Shown piece by piece: positions 1 to 12,621 of a stretch of 64,000 bases of DNA (position 1 is the stretch's first letter; each line of letters starts with the position of its first letter). This stretch comes from Neoechinorhynchus agilis. Its lineage: Eukaryota > Animalia > Acanthocephala. The stretch is from contig CM121342.1 of NCBI GenBank assembly GCA_051530055.1, forward strand, positions 3,967,489-4,031,488, written 5' to 3'. Under the pieces are notes generated by a model. The model was not told the origin of the DNA. It saw only the letters and a program-made list of their open reading frames with translations, and searched no databases. The translations under genes were made by a program, and so were the position numbers.

Positions 1-358
1 GCTCGAGAGGTTCAGTCACCTCGCCCACCGCCACCGCCGCCTTTCTTATACTATTGAACTCGCCTTCACTCACTGTTCGAATCGTTCTATTGTCAGGTTC
101 TGCAGGAACGTCGTAGGGATTCGCCATATAATGTTCTAGATCTTCACGAATCTCTTGACTCAACTGACTCTGAGTTCTTGCTCGACTTTGATAATCACCC
201 GTTCGATCGTTACTAGCTGTCTGGTAGTGCTGACGGTTCCTTGTTGATGATGACCGAGGCATTACCACCAATAAGTTGACGAGATCATCGTCATTCAAAT
301 CAGTCGGTGTATCGATGGTTTTACACTCTCTCTTTTTTCGTTCAACAAGAGCTTTTTC
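1..358 (-). CDS. LARP1: LARP1 C-terminal-region exon, running off the left edge of the window
   Basis: Not in the ORF track. After a ttttag acceptor (AG at 360-359) the frame is open to the edge: EKALVERKK...TDLNDDDLVNLLVVMPR...NDRTGDYQSRARTQSQLSQEIREDLEHY. This resembles the LARP1 motif D.DVNKILIV...GDRTG.H.SRAK.SAELAKVINDGL.YY. Confidence 0.75.
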
Positions 359-715
359 CTAAAAATATCCTTATAATAAAGAGTAAGCGACGAGTTCGTT
401 GTTATTCGAAATTTTTTTGGGACCTCAGCAGTGCTCGTTTGAAACGTTAATGCATATCGATTTTGACTCTAATAAATACAATTTATCGTGACTTTTTTTC
501 TTTTTCAAAATGTGAACTCCACTCCTCGCTCTTCATCTTGACTATGTGCCACTATTTAGAAGTACTAAATTACCCCACTGGGCCAAGCACAGCTCTCATC
601 CTTTAGAAAAGTTATTTGTCTTAGTTTTTTATTTGTTCAAAACGATTGCTTATTAGAAAAAAATCGGATAAATTCTATGCGCGTATTTATAAAAGGGCCC
701 CTACGTTCAAATTTC

Positions 716-2637
716 TTATTGATCAGATGCAAAGCCACCGCTATTACTCGTTTGTCTATTCTCGGCCTGATCTTCCTGCTGCTCCGTTTCTTGCTCTACC
801 TCGTTGTAAACCTCGGTTGGTTGTTCGGGGGTTACCTGCAGCAGTAGCGATTCCTCGTACTCTCGGATCGAATCTGGATACTCTACAGCCATCGGTGGAT
901 GCTTTATCTTGCGACCAACCTTGTATTCGTCATCGATATCAACAATATCACTCGCCTGAATCGCGTCTCGAATCTCCATTAGATTTGTACTCTCGCTCTT
1001 GATGCCATGGAAATTTGACAAAAGATACAAATGGATTCGACCATTCACGTCCAAATGTGACCGAAGATACCGATCTCGCGCAAGATTATAATCGCAAAAG
1101 TAAAACTCAACCAAAATACGAATCCGTTCAGCTGTAGTTTCTCCCTTTCGTCTCGGTGGTCGATATCTTAACACTTTGGGCCGTTCTTCAAGATTTCTAA
1201 AACAACGTATCATCGGCGGGAGATTCGGATTTCCTTCCATGGGGGGATAAGCGGTTGTCATCACGGTGCCAACGTTGGGGAGGCCGAAATCTTCTTCAAA
1301 CGGTTGATCTATTGGCTCGCTTAGCCAAATTGATTTACATTGGGGCCCAGGACCATAATAAGAATTGGAGTTGTATCCTCCTCCACTAGGGAATCCACCT
1401 AACATCGCTGCTGCTGAAATCAGCATTTCCTGTTGCTGCTGTGGATCTTGTTCATTTGGTTGTTGTTGTTGGGGTATTGCTTGTTGGGGTTGTTCTTGAC
1501 TTGTTAGTCGTTGGAACGGAGCTTGACTCTGTTGGAAAGTGATCGGAGGTGGCGGCACTTGTTGGGTCTGTGGATGTTGTTGTTGTTGTTGATGCATAGC
1601 TGCAGCCCATAGAAACGCTTGATGATTTGCTTGCATTGGTTGAGGAACGTACATAGCGGCGGCGGTAGGGAGAAATCCCGCTTGAGCAGCTTGGTGAGCA
1701 TTGAATAAAAATCCAGGATGTGGTGTAGTCGGGATGAATTGTTGTTGTGGTGGCGGCGGTGGCGGTGGCGGTGGAGGTTGTTGTGCCGCTGCTGCTGCTG
1801 CCGCTGCCGCTGCCGCCGCTGCTGCATATTGGATTGGTTGTATGAAAGGGATTCCGGCTCCTTGTTGTGGAGCCTGCGATGGAATTGTTAGGTTCGCAGT
1901 TGTTATTGGTTGTGGTGGTTGGGGTCGCTGCGAAGGATTAGAAGGTCGTGGATCGGGTCTTTGAATCGGTTGTGTGAAGCTATTGGCAGGTCTTGTAGGT
2001 CTAAAGACCTGAGCAGCGTGCCGGTTCTGCCGGTTGGCGAAAGTGTTGCTCGTTGATACAACCGCCGGATCGTTAGAAACCGATCGCTGTCTTTGATGAT
2101 GATGATGAACCGAATACTCCCATTCGGGATGTCGTTGTTGACGACGACCGCCTCGGTTGTTGTACTGACCGCGTCCTCGATTGTCCTGACGTCTCTGCTG
2201 GGGCGATTGGTTACGTGTATCGACTAATAAACACACGAAAATCAATAATATCGACTCTGTTTACTCACCGTTAACGAAATTGTTTCGACCACGACCGCGT
2301 CTCTGCGGCTGGTAAAACTGCTGTGGCTGCTGCTGCTGCTGCTGCTGCGGAGGATACCGATGACTCTGTTGTTGTTGTTGTTGTTGTGGGCGATTCGGCT
2401 CAACCTCATGACCGACTATTGGCCACTCTCGATCGTTCAAACTCAATCGTCCAAATCTTTCGGACACGTTTTCAGACTCGGCGGTGTCCCTTCGCGTTGA
2501 CATTCCGGATTGCTCTAAAAACAATTTCGGAGAAAAAACAACAACATTGATCACTAGTCGCGCTTTTAAACAAAACAAAATTCTCTTTTTGTATACAAAT
2601 AAACAACAAACTTACGATTAGTAGCATACGTATTCAT
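716..2637 (-). CDS. LARP1: La-related protein 1 N-terminal part: Q/P/A-rich low-complexity region plus La motif
   Basis: La motif IRILVEFYFCDYNLARDRYLRSHLDVNGRIHLYLLSNFHGIK resembles LARP1 (IEYYFSVDNLERDFFLR). In-frame exons: 2637-2616 (gtaagt...ttttag), 2514-2269 (45-nt gtgagt...ttag intron 2268-2224), 2223-716. Confidence 0.8.
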
Positions 2638-3043
2638 GGTCCGCAAACTGACGAGTTCAACCTCTTCAGCACACGCAAAAACTTTTAACGAGAATCCTGG
2701 GTGAAACGCAGTGTCGCTTATCGCATCTACACAAGCGCTAACGAAAAGAAAGAAGCTATTCGCCATGAAAACCAAAAGAAACACGTCATCGATTATCCTT
2801 CATACGAAATGGATCTCTCAATGGATCTTTTAAAAATTAATATGATCAATTAAAATTATTGTTTTTAATTAGAGCGAAAACGACGACCAAATCCGATCGA
2901 TTCTGTGAGCAAAATTTCAGAAAAGAGCGAAAAATCTGTCGAATTCAAGGTCACTTTATTGTTGGGCTTTATCGTTCTTGCCAATACAAAAAACGCTTAA
3001 AATGATCAAAATGAAACAAGAATTAATTGTAACAATTCTATTG

Positions 3044-3106
3044 CAGCCAATCAGCGCACAACGATGCACATAATCGTACAAACTGACACAAGTTAACCAA
3101 TCAGCT
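3044..3106. promoter_or_regulatory. Two CCAAT boxes upstream of LARP1
   Basis: AGCCAATCAGC (CCAAT 3047-3051) and AACCAATCAGC (3097-3101), exactly 50 bp apart, both matching the NF-Y consensus. Confidence 0.5.
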
Positions 3107-3540
3107 TCTAGCAAAAAGTTTAAAGATGCGACACATTACTTATTTTTTGTTAGCAAAATTTAAACGTGTGTATTTAAAGTACACTTACATTAATGAGAAG
3201 TTTGAATCATACGAGAGGTGGCAACTAAACTTCCTTGCTGAATGTGACTGAAAATTAAAATTTACGATTTATAAGTTGCCCCAAGTCTAGTGGATGTGGT
3301 GGTGGTGGTGGATTCTGGATCGGAAGCAAAGATGACGTAGCAGTGATATGTGAGCAACGAACAATATAAGAGGAGGAAAGCGGGTAGACAAAGAATAACA
3401 ACGGGCACTCTTATTAATATTGATCGTCTGCCACAGGTGAACAAAGCAGCCGCAACCGAACGATCTCCAAAAACAGTTTGTTTTTTATTGACTAATACCC
3501 ATAAAAAAATTTTTAAAGAAATAAGACACAATATCTTTGC

Positions 3541-5030
3541 CATGAGAAGATTAAGGAAGCCGCTAGGGAACTTTTTTTAAGCAAAAAATACTCAAAATTT
3601 CCAAAAATGGACAAAAATCTTTAAAGATTTGTTTTTCTAAAATATAAGAAATAAATTATTCTGTCGTTAATACGAAAAAATCAATATTCATGAGAAGACT
3701 AAGGAAGAGGCAAAGAATTCTTTTTAAGGAAAAAAGACACAATATTTCAAATAAGGACAAAGATCTTTATAGATTTGCTTTTCTTAAATATAAGAAATAA
3801 ATTATTCTGTTGTTAATACGAAAAAATCAATATTCATGAGAAGACTAAGGAAGAGGCAAAGGAATTTTTTTAAGCAAAAAATACACAAAATTTCCAAAAA
3901 AGGACAAAAATCTTTATAGGTCTGTTTTTCTAAAATATACGAAATAAATTATTCTGTTGTTAATACGAAAAAATCAATATTCATGAGAGGACTAAGGAAG
4001 AGGCAAAGAATTCTTTTTAAGGAAAAAAGACAAAATTCCCAAAAAAGGAGAAAGATCTTTATAGGTCTGTTTTTCTAAAATATAAGAAATAAATTATTCT
4101 GTTGTTAATACGAAAAAATCAATATTCATGAGAAGATAAGGAAGGGCAGAATTTTTTAAGAAAAAATACAAAATTTCCAAAAAGGACAAAAATCTTTATA
4201 GGTCTGTTTTTCTAAAATATAAGAAATAAATTATTCTGTTGTTAATACGAAAAAATCAATATTCATGAGAGGACTAAGGAAGAGGCAAAGAATTCTTTTA
4301 AGAAAAAGACAAAATTCCCAAAAAAGGAGAAAGATCTTTATAGGTCTGTTTTTCTAAAATATAAGAAATAAATTATTCTGTTGTTAATACGAAAAAATCA
4401 ATATTCATGAGAAGATTAAGGAAGAGGCAAAGAATTTTTTTAAGAAAAATACACAAAATTTCCAAAAAAGGACAAAATCTTTATAGGTCTGTTTTTCTAA
4501 AATATAAGAAATAAATTATTCTGTTGTTAATACGAAAAAATCAATATTCATGAGAGGACTAAGGAAGAGGCAAAGAATTCTTTTTAAGGAAAAAAGACAA
4601 AATTTTCAAAAAAGGAGAAAGATCTTTATAGGTCTGTTTTTCTAAAATATAAGAAATAAATAATTCTGTTGTTAATACGAAAAAATATTCACGAGAAGAT
4701 TAAGGAAGAGGCAAAGGAATTTTTTTAAGGAAAAAAGACACAATATTTCAAACAAGGACAAAAATCTTTAAAGATTTGTTTTTCTAAAATATTCATGAGA
4801 AAATTAAGGAAGAGGCTAGGGAACTTTTTTTTAAGGAAAAAGACCCCAAATTTCCAAATAAGGACAAAAATCTTTATAGATTTGCTTTTCTTAAATATAA
4901 GAAATAAATTATTCTGTTGTTAATACGAAAAAATATTCACGAGAAGATTAAGGAAGAGGCAAAGGAATTTTTTTAGGGAAAAAAGACACAATATTTCAAA
5001 TAAGGACAGAGATCTTTAGAAGTTTGCTTC
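3541..5030. repeat. AT-rich tandem array, ~146-bp unit, ~10 copies
   Basis: The motif catgag(a)agactaaggaagaggcaaag recurs at 3541, 3689, 3835, 3982, 4127, 4264 and onward. Confidence 0.95.
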
Positions 5031-5069
5031 GAAAATATTGAGCAAAATATTTTGTCGCAATGGCGAAAA

Positions 5070-5300
5070 AATATAAATAGAAAGACTAATTAAGTCATGA
5101 AAAACTTTTTAAAACAAATCCGACAAAATATTTTTGCAAGGCCGAAGATCTTTAGAAGTCTGCTTAGAAAATTTCCAATGCGAAGTATAATTTGTGGGTT
5201 TAGAAGACTAATTAAGTCATGAAAAACTTTTTAAAACAAATCCGACAAAATATTTTTTGCAAGGCCGAAGATCTTTAGAAGTCTGCTTAGAAAATTTCCT
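5070..5300. repeat. Two-copy tandem duplication of ~120 bp
   Basis: agaaagactaattaagtcatgaaaaac...aatgcgaagtataatttg is present twice. Confidence 0.9.
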
Positions 5301-6154
5301 AATGCGAAGTATAATTTGCAATAATTGTGCATTGACGAATAAGAATTCAAGAAAATAAAATGAGAATAAAGTGCAAAGGGGATCCCAGTAAATATCACGC
5401 GTATAAATTACATTTGGAATAAAAATTTAATTCACGCGATAATTGTGTTAGGGACGTATTTTTTGAGAAGAAAATCCCAAATGACTCGTTATTTAAAAAC
5501 GAAGCGAGAAGAGAAATCTCCAAAATGTCGATTTGTGAATCGTAAACACATCTCGCCTTAGATATACCCATCAAACGGTTGGATTGAATTTTATTTTCGT
5601 GTAACGCTCGAAAACATTTTACGTAAGCGAGTATTTATCTCTTTCCGACAACAAAAATGACTTTCAAGTTCACCTTCGCATTTTAGTGGAGATTTTAAAT
5701 ACGAACGAACTTTACTGGTGTTCTTCCTGCCATTTCCGTGGAAAAATAATCGAGAAAATTACACGGTAAAAAACCTTTCAAATATTCAATAAAACAGATT
5801 TTATCCGGGAGTCGGGCAAGCCGGCCAAAACTGTTTCATAGAGAAAGATATGAATTTCGGAGTGTTTTTCGGGACTTGTGAGAAGGGTTTTTAATCGTTG
5901 ACTTGGTGTAATCGCCGTGAAGAGAACACGAGTTCTTGGTGTGACGAATTTCGAGTCGTTTTTATGTTGTTGTTGACGAGGACGTCCAGAAAAAACCGTG
6001 TCGAGAAGCTTCGGTGGGTTTTTCACCTTTTTTGTGTAAACAACAACAAAATCACTTTAAAATGTTGTCGGGTTTAAACCCCTTTACGAATTGAAAATTT
6101 AGAATTAAAAATAAAGTTTTTTGGAAGCAAATGTTTCGGTGTTTTATTAGTTTA

Positions 6155-6858
6155 AAGAACTTTAGAAAGAAAATTCCACTTAAACCAGAAAAAGAAGCGG
6201 ATTTTAAATATCTTATCAACAATTTCGGTCGAAATTAAAACGTTGTCGATATTCCCTTTGAGATTTTCCAACTGGATATTTTCTACCTTTAATCATTTTA
6301 AAGAACTTTGGAAAGAAAATTCCACTTAAACCAGAAAAAGAAGCGGATTTTAAATATCTTATCAACAATTTCGGTCGAAATTAAAACGTTGTCGATATTC
6401 CCTTTTAGATTTTCCAACTGGATATTTTCTACCTTTAATCATTTTAAAGAACTTTAGAAAGAAAATTCCACTTAAACCAGAAAAAGAAGCGGATTTTAAA
6501 TATCTTATCAACAATTTCGGTCGAAATTAAAACGTTGTCGATATTCCCTTTGAGATTTTCCAACTGGATATTTTCTACCTTTAATCATTTTAAAGAACTT
6601 TGGAAAGAAAATTCCACTTAAACCAGAAAAAGAAGCGGATTTTAAATATCTTATCAACAATTTCGGTCGAAATTAAAACGTTGTCGATATCCCCTTTGAG
6701 ATTTTCCAACTGGATATTTTCTACCTTTAATCATTTTAAAGAACTTTGGAAAGAAAATTCCACTTAAACCAGAAAAAGAAGCGGATTTTAAATATCTTAT
6801 CAACAATTTCGGTCGAAATTAAAACGTTGTCGATATCCCCTTTGAGATTTTCCAACTC
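6155..6858. repeat. Tandem array, 146-bp unit, ~4.8 near-identical copies
   Basis: aagaacttt(a/g)gaaagaaaattccac at 6155, 6301, 6447 and onward. Confidence 0.95.
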
Positions 6859-6860
6859 GC

Positions 6861-9440
6861 TTCAATTTCTCACAAATCGATCAAAATATCGTTTTATAAA
6901 GTGATGAAGTGAATTCAAAGAAAATTGCGAAAATCAATACTTTTAAAAAGTGCAAAAAATCGATAAATTTCAAAGTTTTGGGTTGCAAGTTTACGCGATT
7001 GTTCTATTAAAGTTTGAAGAATTTTAAATAATTCGTGATGCTAAAACACAAAAAATCGCTTTTTTGTTCGTTTAGAAACGAATCTAGTTTTTTTCTCTTC
7101 AATTTCTCACAAACCGATCAAAATATCGTTTTATAAAGTGATGAAGTGAATTCAAAGAAAATTGCGAAAATCAATACTTTTAAAAAGTGCAAAAAATCGA
7201 TAAATTTCAAAGTTTTGGGTTGCAAGTTTACGCGATTGTTCTATTAAAGTTTGAAGAATTTTAAATAATTCGTGATGCTAAAACACAAAAAATCGCTTTT
7301 TTTGTTCGTTTAGAAACGAATCTAGTTTTTTTCTCTTCAATTTCTCACAAACCGATCAAAATATCGTTTTATAAAGTGATGAAGTGAATTCAAAGAAAAT
7401 TGCGAAAATCAATACTTTTAAAAAGTGCAAAAAATCGATAAATTTCAAAGTTTTGGGTTGCAAGTTTACGCGATTGTTCTATTAAAGTTTGAAGAATTTT
7501 AAATAATTCGTGATGCTAAAACACAAAAAATCGCTTTTTTTGTTCGTTTAGAAACGAATCTAGTTTTTTTCTCTTCAATTTCTCACAAACCGATCAAAAT
7601 ATCGTTTTATAAAGTGATGAAGTGAATTCAAAGAAAATTGCGAAAATCAATACTTTTAAAAAGTGCAAAAAATCGATATATTTCAAAGTTTTGGGTTGCA
7701 AGTTTACGCGATTGTTCTATTAAAGTTTGAAGAATTTTAAATAATTCGTGATGCTAAAACACAAAAAATCGCTTTTTTTGTTCGTTTAGAAACGAATCTA
7801 GTTTTTTTCTCTTCAATTTCTCACAAACCGATCAAAATATCGTTTTATAAAGTGATGAAGTGAATTCAAAGAAAATTGCGAAAATCAATACTTTTAAAAA
7901 GTGCAAAAAATCGATATATTTCAAAGTTTTGGGTTGCAAGTTTACGCGATTGTTCTATTAAAGTTTGAAGAATTTTAAATAATTCGTGATGCTAAAACAC
8001 AAAAAATCGCTTTTTTTGTTCGTTTAGAAACGAATCTAGTTTTTTCTCTTCAATTTCTCACAAACCGATCAAAATATCGTTTTATAAAGTGATGAAGTGA
8101 ATTCAAAGAAAATTGCGAAAATCAATACTTTTAAAAAGTGCAAAAAATCGATAAATTTCAAAGTTTTGGGTTGCAAGTTTACGCGATTGTTCTATTAAAG
8201 TTTGAAGAATTTTAAATAATTCGTGATGCTAAAACACAAAAAATCGCTTTTTTTGTTCGTTTAGAAACGAATCTAGTTTTTTTCTCTTCAATTTCTCACA
8301 AACCGATCAAAATATCGTTTTATAAAGTGATGAAGTGAATTCAAAGAAAATTGCGAAAATCAATACTTTTAAAAAGTGCAAAAAATCGATAAATTTCAAA
8401 GTTTTGGGTTGCAAGTTTACGCGATTGTTCTATTAAAGTTTGAAGAATTTTAAATAATTCGTGATGCTAAAACACAAAAAATCGCTTTTTTTGTTCGTTT
8501 AGAAACGAATCTAGTTTTTTCTCTTCAATTTCTCACAAACCGATCAAAATATCGTTTTATAAAGTGATGAAGTGAATTCAAAGAAAATTGCGAAAATCAA
8601 TACTTTTAAAAAGTGCAAAAAATCGATAAATTTCAAAGTTTTGGGTTGCAAGTTTACGCGATTGTTCTATTAAAGTTTGAAGAATTTTAAATAATTCGTG
8701 ATGCTAAAACACAAAAAATCGCTTTTTTGTTCGTTTAGAAACGAATCTAGTTTTTTTCTCTTCAATTTCTCACAAACCGATCAAAATATCGTTTTATAAA
8801 GTGATGAAGTGAATTCAAAGAAAATTGCGAAAATCAATACTTTTAAAAAGTGCAAAAAATCGATAAATTTCAAAGTTTTGGGTTGCAAGTTTACGCGATT
8901 GTTCTATTAAAGTTTGAAGAATTTTAAATAATTCGTGATGCTAAAACACAAAAAATCGCTTTTTTTGTTCGTTTAGAAACGAATCTAGTTTTTTTCTCTT
9001 CAATTTCTCACAAACCGATCAAAATATCGTTTTATAAAGTGATGAAGTGAATTCAAAGAAAATTGCGAAAATCAATACTTTTAAAAAGTGCAAAAAATCG
9101 ATAAATTTCAAAGTTTTGGGTTGCAAGTTTACGCGATTGTTCTATTAAAGTTTGAAGAATTTTAAATAATTCGTGATGCTAAAACACAAAAAATCGCTTT
9201 TTTTGTTCGTTTAGAAACGAATCTAGTTTTTTTCTCTTCAATTTCTCACAAACCGATCAAAATATCGTTTTATAAAGTGATGAAGTGAATTCAAAGAAAA
9301 TTGCGAAAATCAATACTTTTAAAAAGTGCAAAAAATCGATAAATTTCAAAGTTTTGGGTTGCAAGTTTACGCGATTGTTCTATTAAAGTTTGAAGAATTT
9401 TAAATAATTCGTGATGCTAAAACACAAAAAATCGCTTTAT
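6861..9440. repeat. Satellite-like array, ~238-bp unit, ~11 near-identical copies
   Basis: ttcaatttctcacaaaccgatc at 6861, 7098, 7336 and onward; copies differ almost only in T-run length. Confidence 0.97.
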
Positions 9441-12400
9441 TAGTTCGTTTTTATCATACAATGAAAACCTAATAAGCGAGGCGCATCGGCTATTTAAGTG
9501 TTAAACGCTTTTTAAAAATAACAAAAAATGCTTTGGCGTGAATGAAAAACAACGTGTCTTATTTTTCATTGCTTCCAGGTTGTTTCCGGAAATTTCATGC
9601 TTAAAAATGAAGTGTTGCCCGATAATCTTTATTGTTCTTGACGTAAAGTTTCAGCGAAATATTCAGTTGTTTATTTTATTGAGAATTGCATTTATGTTAT
9701 TGTTTGTTTTATGGCGGGATAAAATTGAATAGCTGAAAACAATCGGATTTAACCGAATGTCCCTCAATTTTTTGTGGACATAAAACAAACATCAGAATAA
9801 TTCAATCTTCAAACAGTTGGTCGCTTGTCAAACCCCGACAGGGATCGTTAAAGAATTTCATACTGGATTGCAGTGTTAGACAGTTTCAATTAGCGATGTT
9901 TGATTCAGAAATAGATTTATCTTCTTTTCTTCAGTCAATTGTTTCGCAAGTTTTTCACTTCAACGTCCGAAGGACTTTCTAATGATTGAAGGCTATAAAA
10001 AACTTTGCCAAAAAATCGTACGAAGAAACCATGAGTTCACAGAACAGCTTTAAAAATCACTCTTTAATTATTCAAAACTTAAAAACTAACTGGATAAAAT
10101 TGTATGCAATTTTACATTTTCTCAATCGTTGTCATTTTCTTTTATGAATCATTTCGCATCCGTATCTTTCATACAAACGAACTTCATTATAGACATGCCT
10201 TTATTTGTTTTCATCAACAATGATATGCCGGCATACAAGTGCCAAATTTCTCTAGGGATTTTATCCCATGGGACGACTACGAGAAGCCGTAACTGTACTT
10301 GCTTCTTCTTTACTTATACAATGCGCCATTCTAGCAATATTTATCCAAATTAACGCAACAGCAGCAGTCAAAAGAGCTGAATTCATTGCTTAGAGGAAAA
10401 GGCTTGTTACAATAGAATTTCTATCTAGCATCAGAAATGGGTTTTTTAACTAATTTAGCAACCCAATCGACTTTAAAGAGAGTTGGCTCTTTTTATTATA
10501 GACGCATTTTCTTTTGAACACGTTCAAGAGAAAATTCTATCACGTTTCCTTTGAAAGGGAATTTGGATTACCATTAACCAATTTTTGGACTTTTGAACTA
10601 AAAAAAGATCGTTGGAATCTATCGACAAGTCTTGAAAAAAGTAGTGTTCTCCTAATTGGATCTCAAGAAGCAAATCGCTTTCTCGTAGTTGGCTAAATGG
10701 GAGTTGTTGCCATTTAGAGAGAAACTATGCAACATCGATTCCGTGCCTATGGAACCTTTTGCAACATTATCTTCTTTTGTAATAGATTTCTGCGAGCAAC
10801 AGAAAGTTTTTCCTGCAATATTGCAAATACCGCCTAGTCTGAAAAGCGACCAATTTGACCCTTTAACACTAGAGGCCCTAAAGAGTCCACGTTTACAAAT
10901 CGTGAATATAAACCGATATTTTTTGACGAATAAATGGAGGAAACTTAATTTTAATTTGGCGCTTATACCACTGGGCCCCAATTATTTGCCTAGCTTTGGC
11001 CCTATTACGCCCTCAACGCCCAGTTGAAGCCTAGGTCTTATTTTTCAAATTAAAATTAAGACACGGGCATGGAAAATTAAAGAGCGATTCAGGCCATTAG
11101 TTACAAAACTGTTTGAAGATTGAACTATTCTGATGTTTTTTATGGCGTAAAAATTAAAGGAAATTAAAACAGATATTTCGGATCGGATTTAATCAATTCC
11201 TTTAATTTTTAAGCCATAAAAAGCTTTATTGGTGTGAATTTGGTCATGCACGAAATAATTAGTTTTAGAAAACAGAATCCAATACGAGAACTTCAGTGTT
11301 TTTTAAAGAGAGATTGGAAAATGGCAAAAAGGAAAAAATCACGATGAACATTTTGATCGCATTATCTTAAAGATCAACTTGATGATACCGTCGTGGCAAA
11401 TGTTTGATGAAGTTCTTAGACATGTCAAAGAACAAAACAACTGAGAATCTTGTTTGTCCGGGTAGTTTTATTAGACGACTAATAAAAAATTATCAAAGCT
11501 AAATTTTTAATCGAAGGCTAGTGGGTTTTTGTAGGTTCAAATCTAACGGATTTGCCATGTCATATTTAAACAAATTATTTTTGAACCAACCAAATTCCGT
11601 CATTCGAAAAATGTGTTGAATTTCTTTTATCTTGTCTAATTTCCACCCCTTTTCAAATTGAGTGAAATTTTTAATAATAGTAAATTTTCTAAACTCTATC
11701 GTTAAAAATAATCCCTTATTTTTCTTACTTTCATTTTTTCGCCGTGATTCTCTTCTGTGTCGTTCTGATCCGGATAAAATCGGCGTGTTCCATTGTTTTT
11801 TGACAGTGCTCTAAACTACAAAAAAAGAACCCCTAATTTTGATCACCGAATCTTCGATTTCGTTTCTAAGAGTTCCTTATTCAAGTCTCAAACTCACTGC
11901 CTAAAAAAAATAATTGCAAAAACCTTTATTTATCCATTCATGGCCAGAATTTAGAGTAGAACGTTTTTATGCGGGAAATAATTAGGACATGGACATCATT
12001 CGGATACGAGATTTTCTTGGATAAACCCAATTTGATGTGTTTTTTAAATTTCGGTGTTATTCTTCGTGGGTTTTTTACACTGTCGTTCTGTCGAGACACT
12101 CGAGTGCCGTTCAGTGTCGCGGCGAATGTCCTTTTACAAGCGATTGTCGAAGTAACTGAAACGAATCCGAGGTCCGCAAGACCAGGACGGCAGCTGAGTG
12201 ATCCAGAAAGGCGGTGGCTATTCCAAAAATGAAAAAATCTTCCATATTTTTGAAATTATTGTTCACGTCTCCGACGAGGTTCTCAGAACGTCTTTTTAAT
12301 CGAAAAAGAAATCATTTGCCGCGGCTGCACATCTTCATGGGGTTTTTACACTGTAATTCTGATCCGGATAAAATTGATGTGTTCCATTTCCTTGAGTTTT

Positions 12401-12621
12401 CTTTTTCGATGAATAATTATGGCTCAGATTGTTTTAATCAGTTTGGAGATTCAAAAACGTCTCGTGTTGTTCACAAAGAAATGAGTTTGACGTAACAAAT
12501 TTCTAGTTGAGAGATGTCAACAACAATTAGGTAAGGTTTTTCTACTAGAAAATAGCTAAGATCATCGTAAAAAAAGCAATCTACGATGATAAAATATTAG
12601 TTGAAATCGAAGAATGTGGTT

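Noticed and set aside
646-2550. ORFs at 646+, 1504-, 1701+ and 2323+
   Set aside because: Antisense or alternative-frame shadows of the low-complexity LARP1 exons.
10129-11030. Short ORFs, possibly a decayed transposon or gene
   Set aside because: No motif recognised in any frame; cannot be supported.
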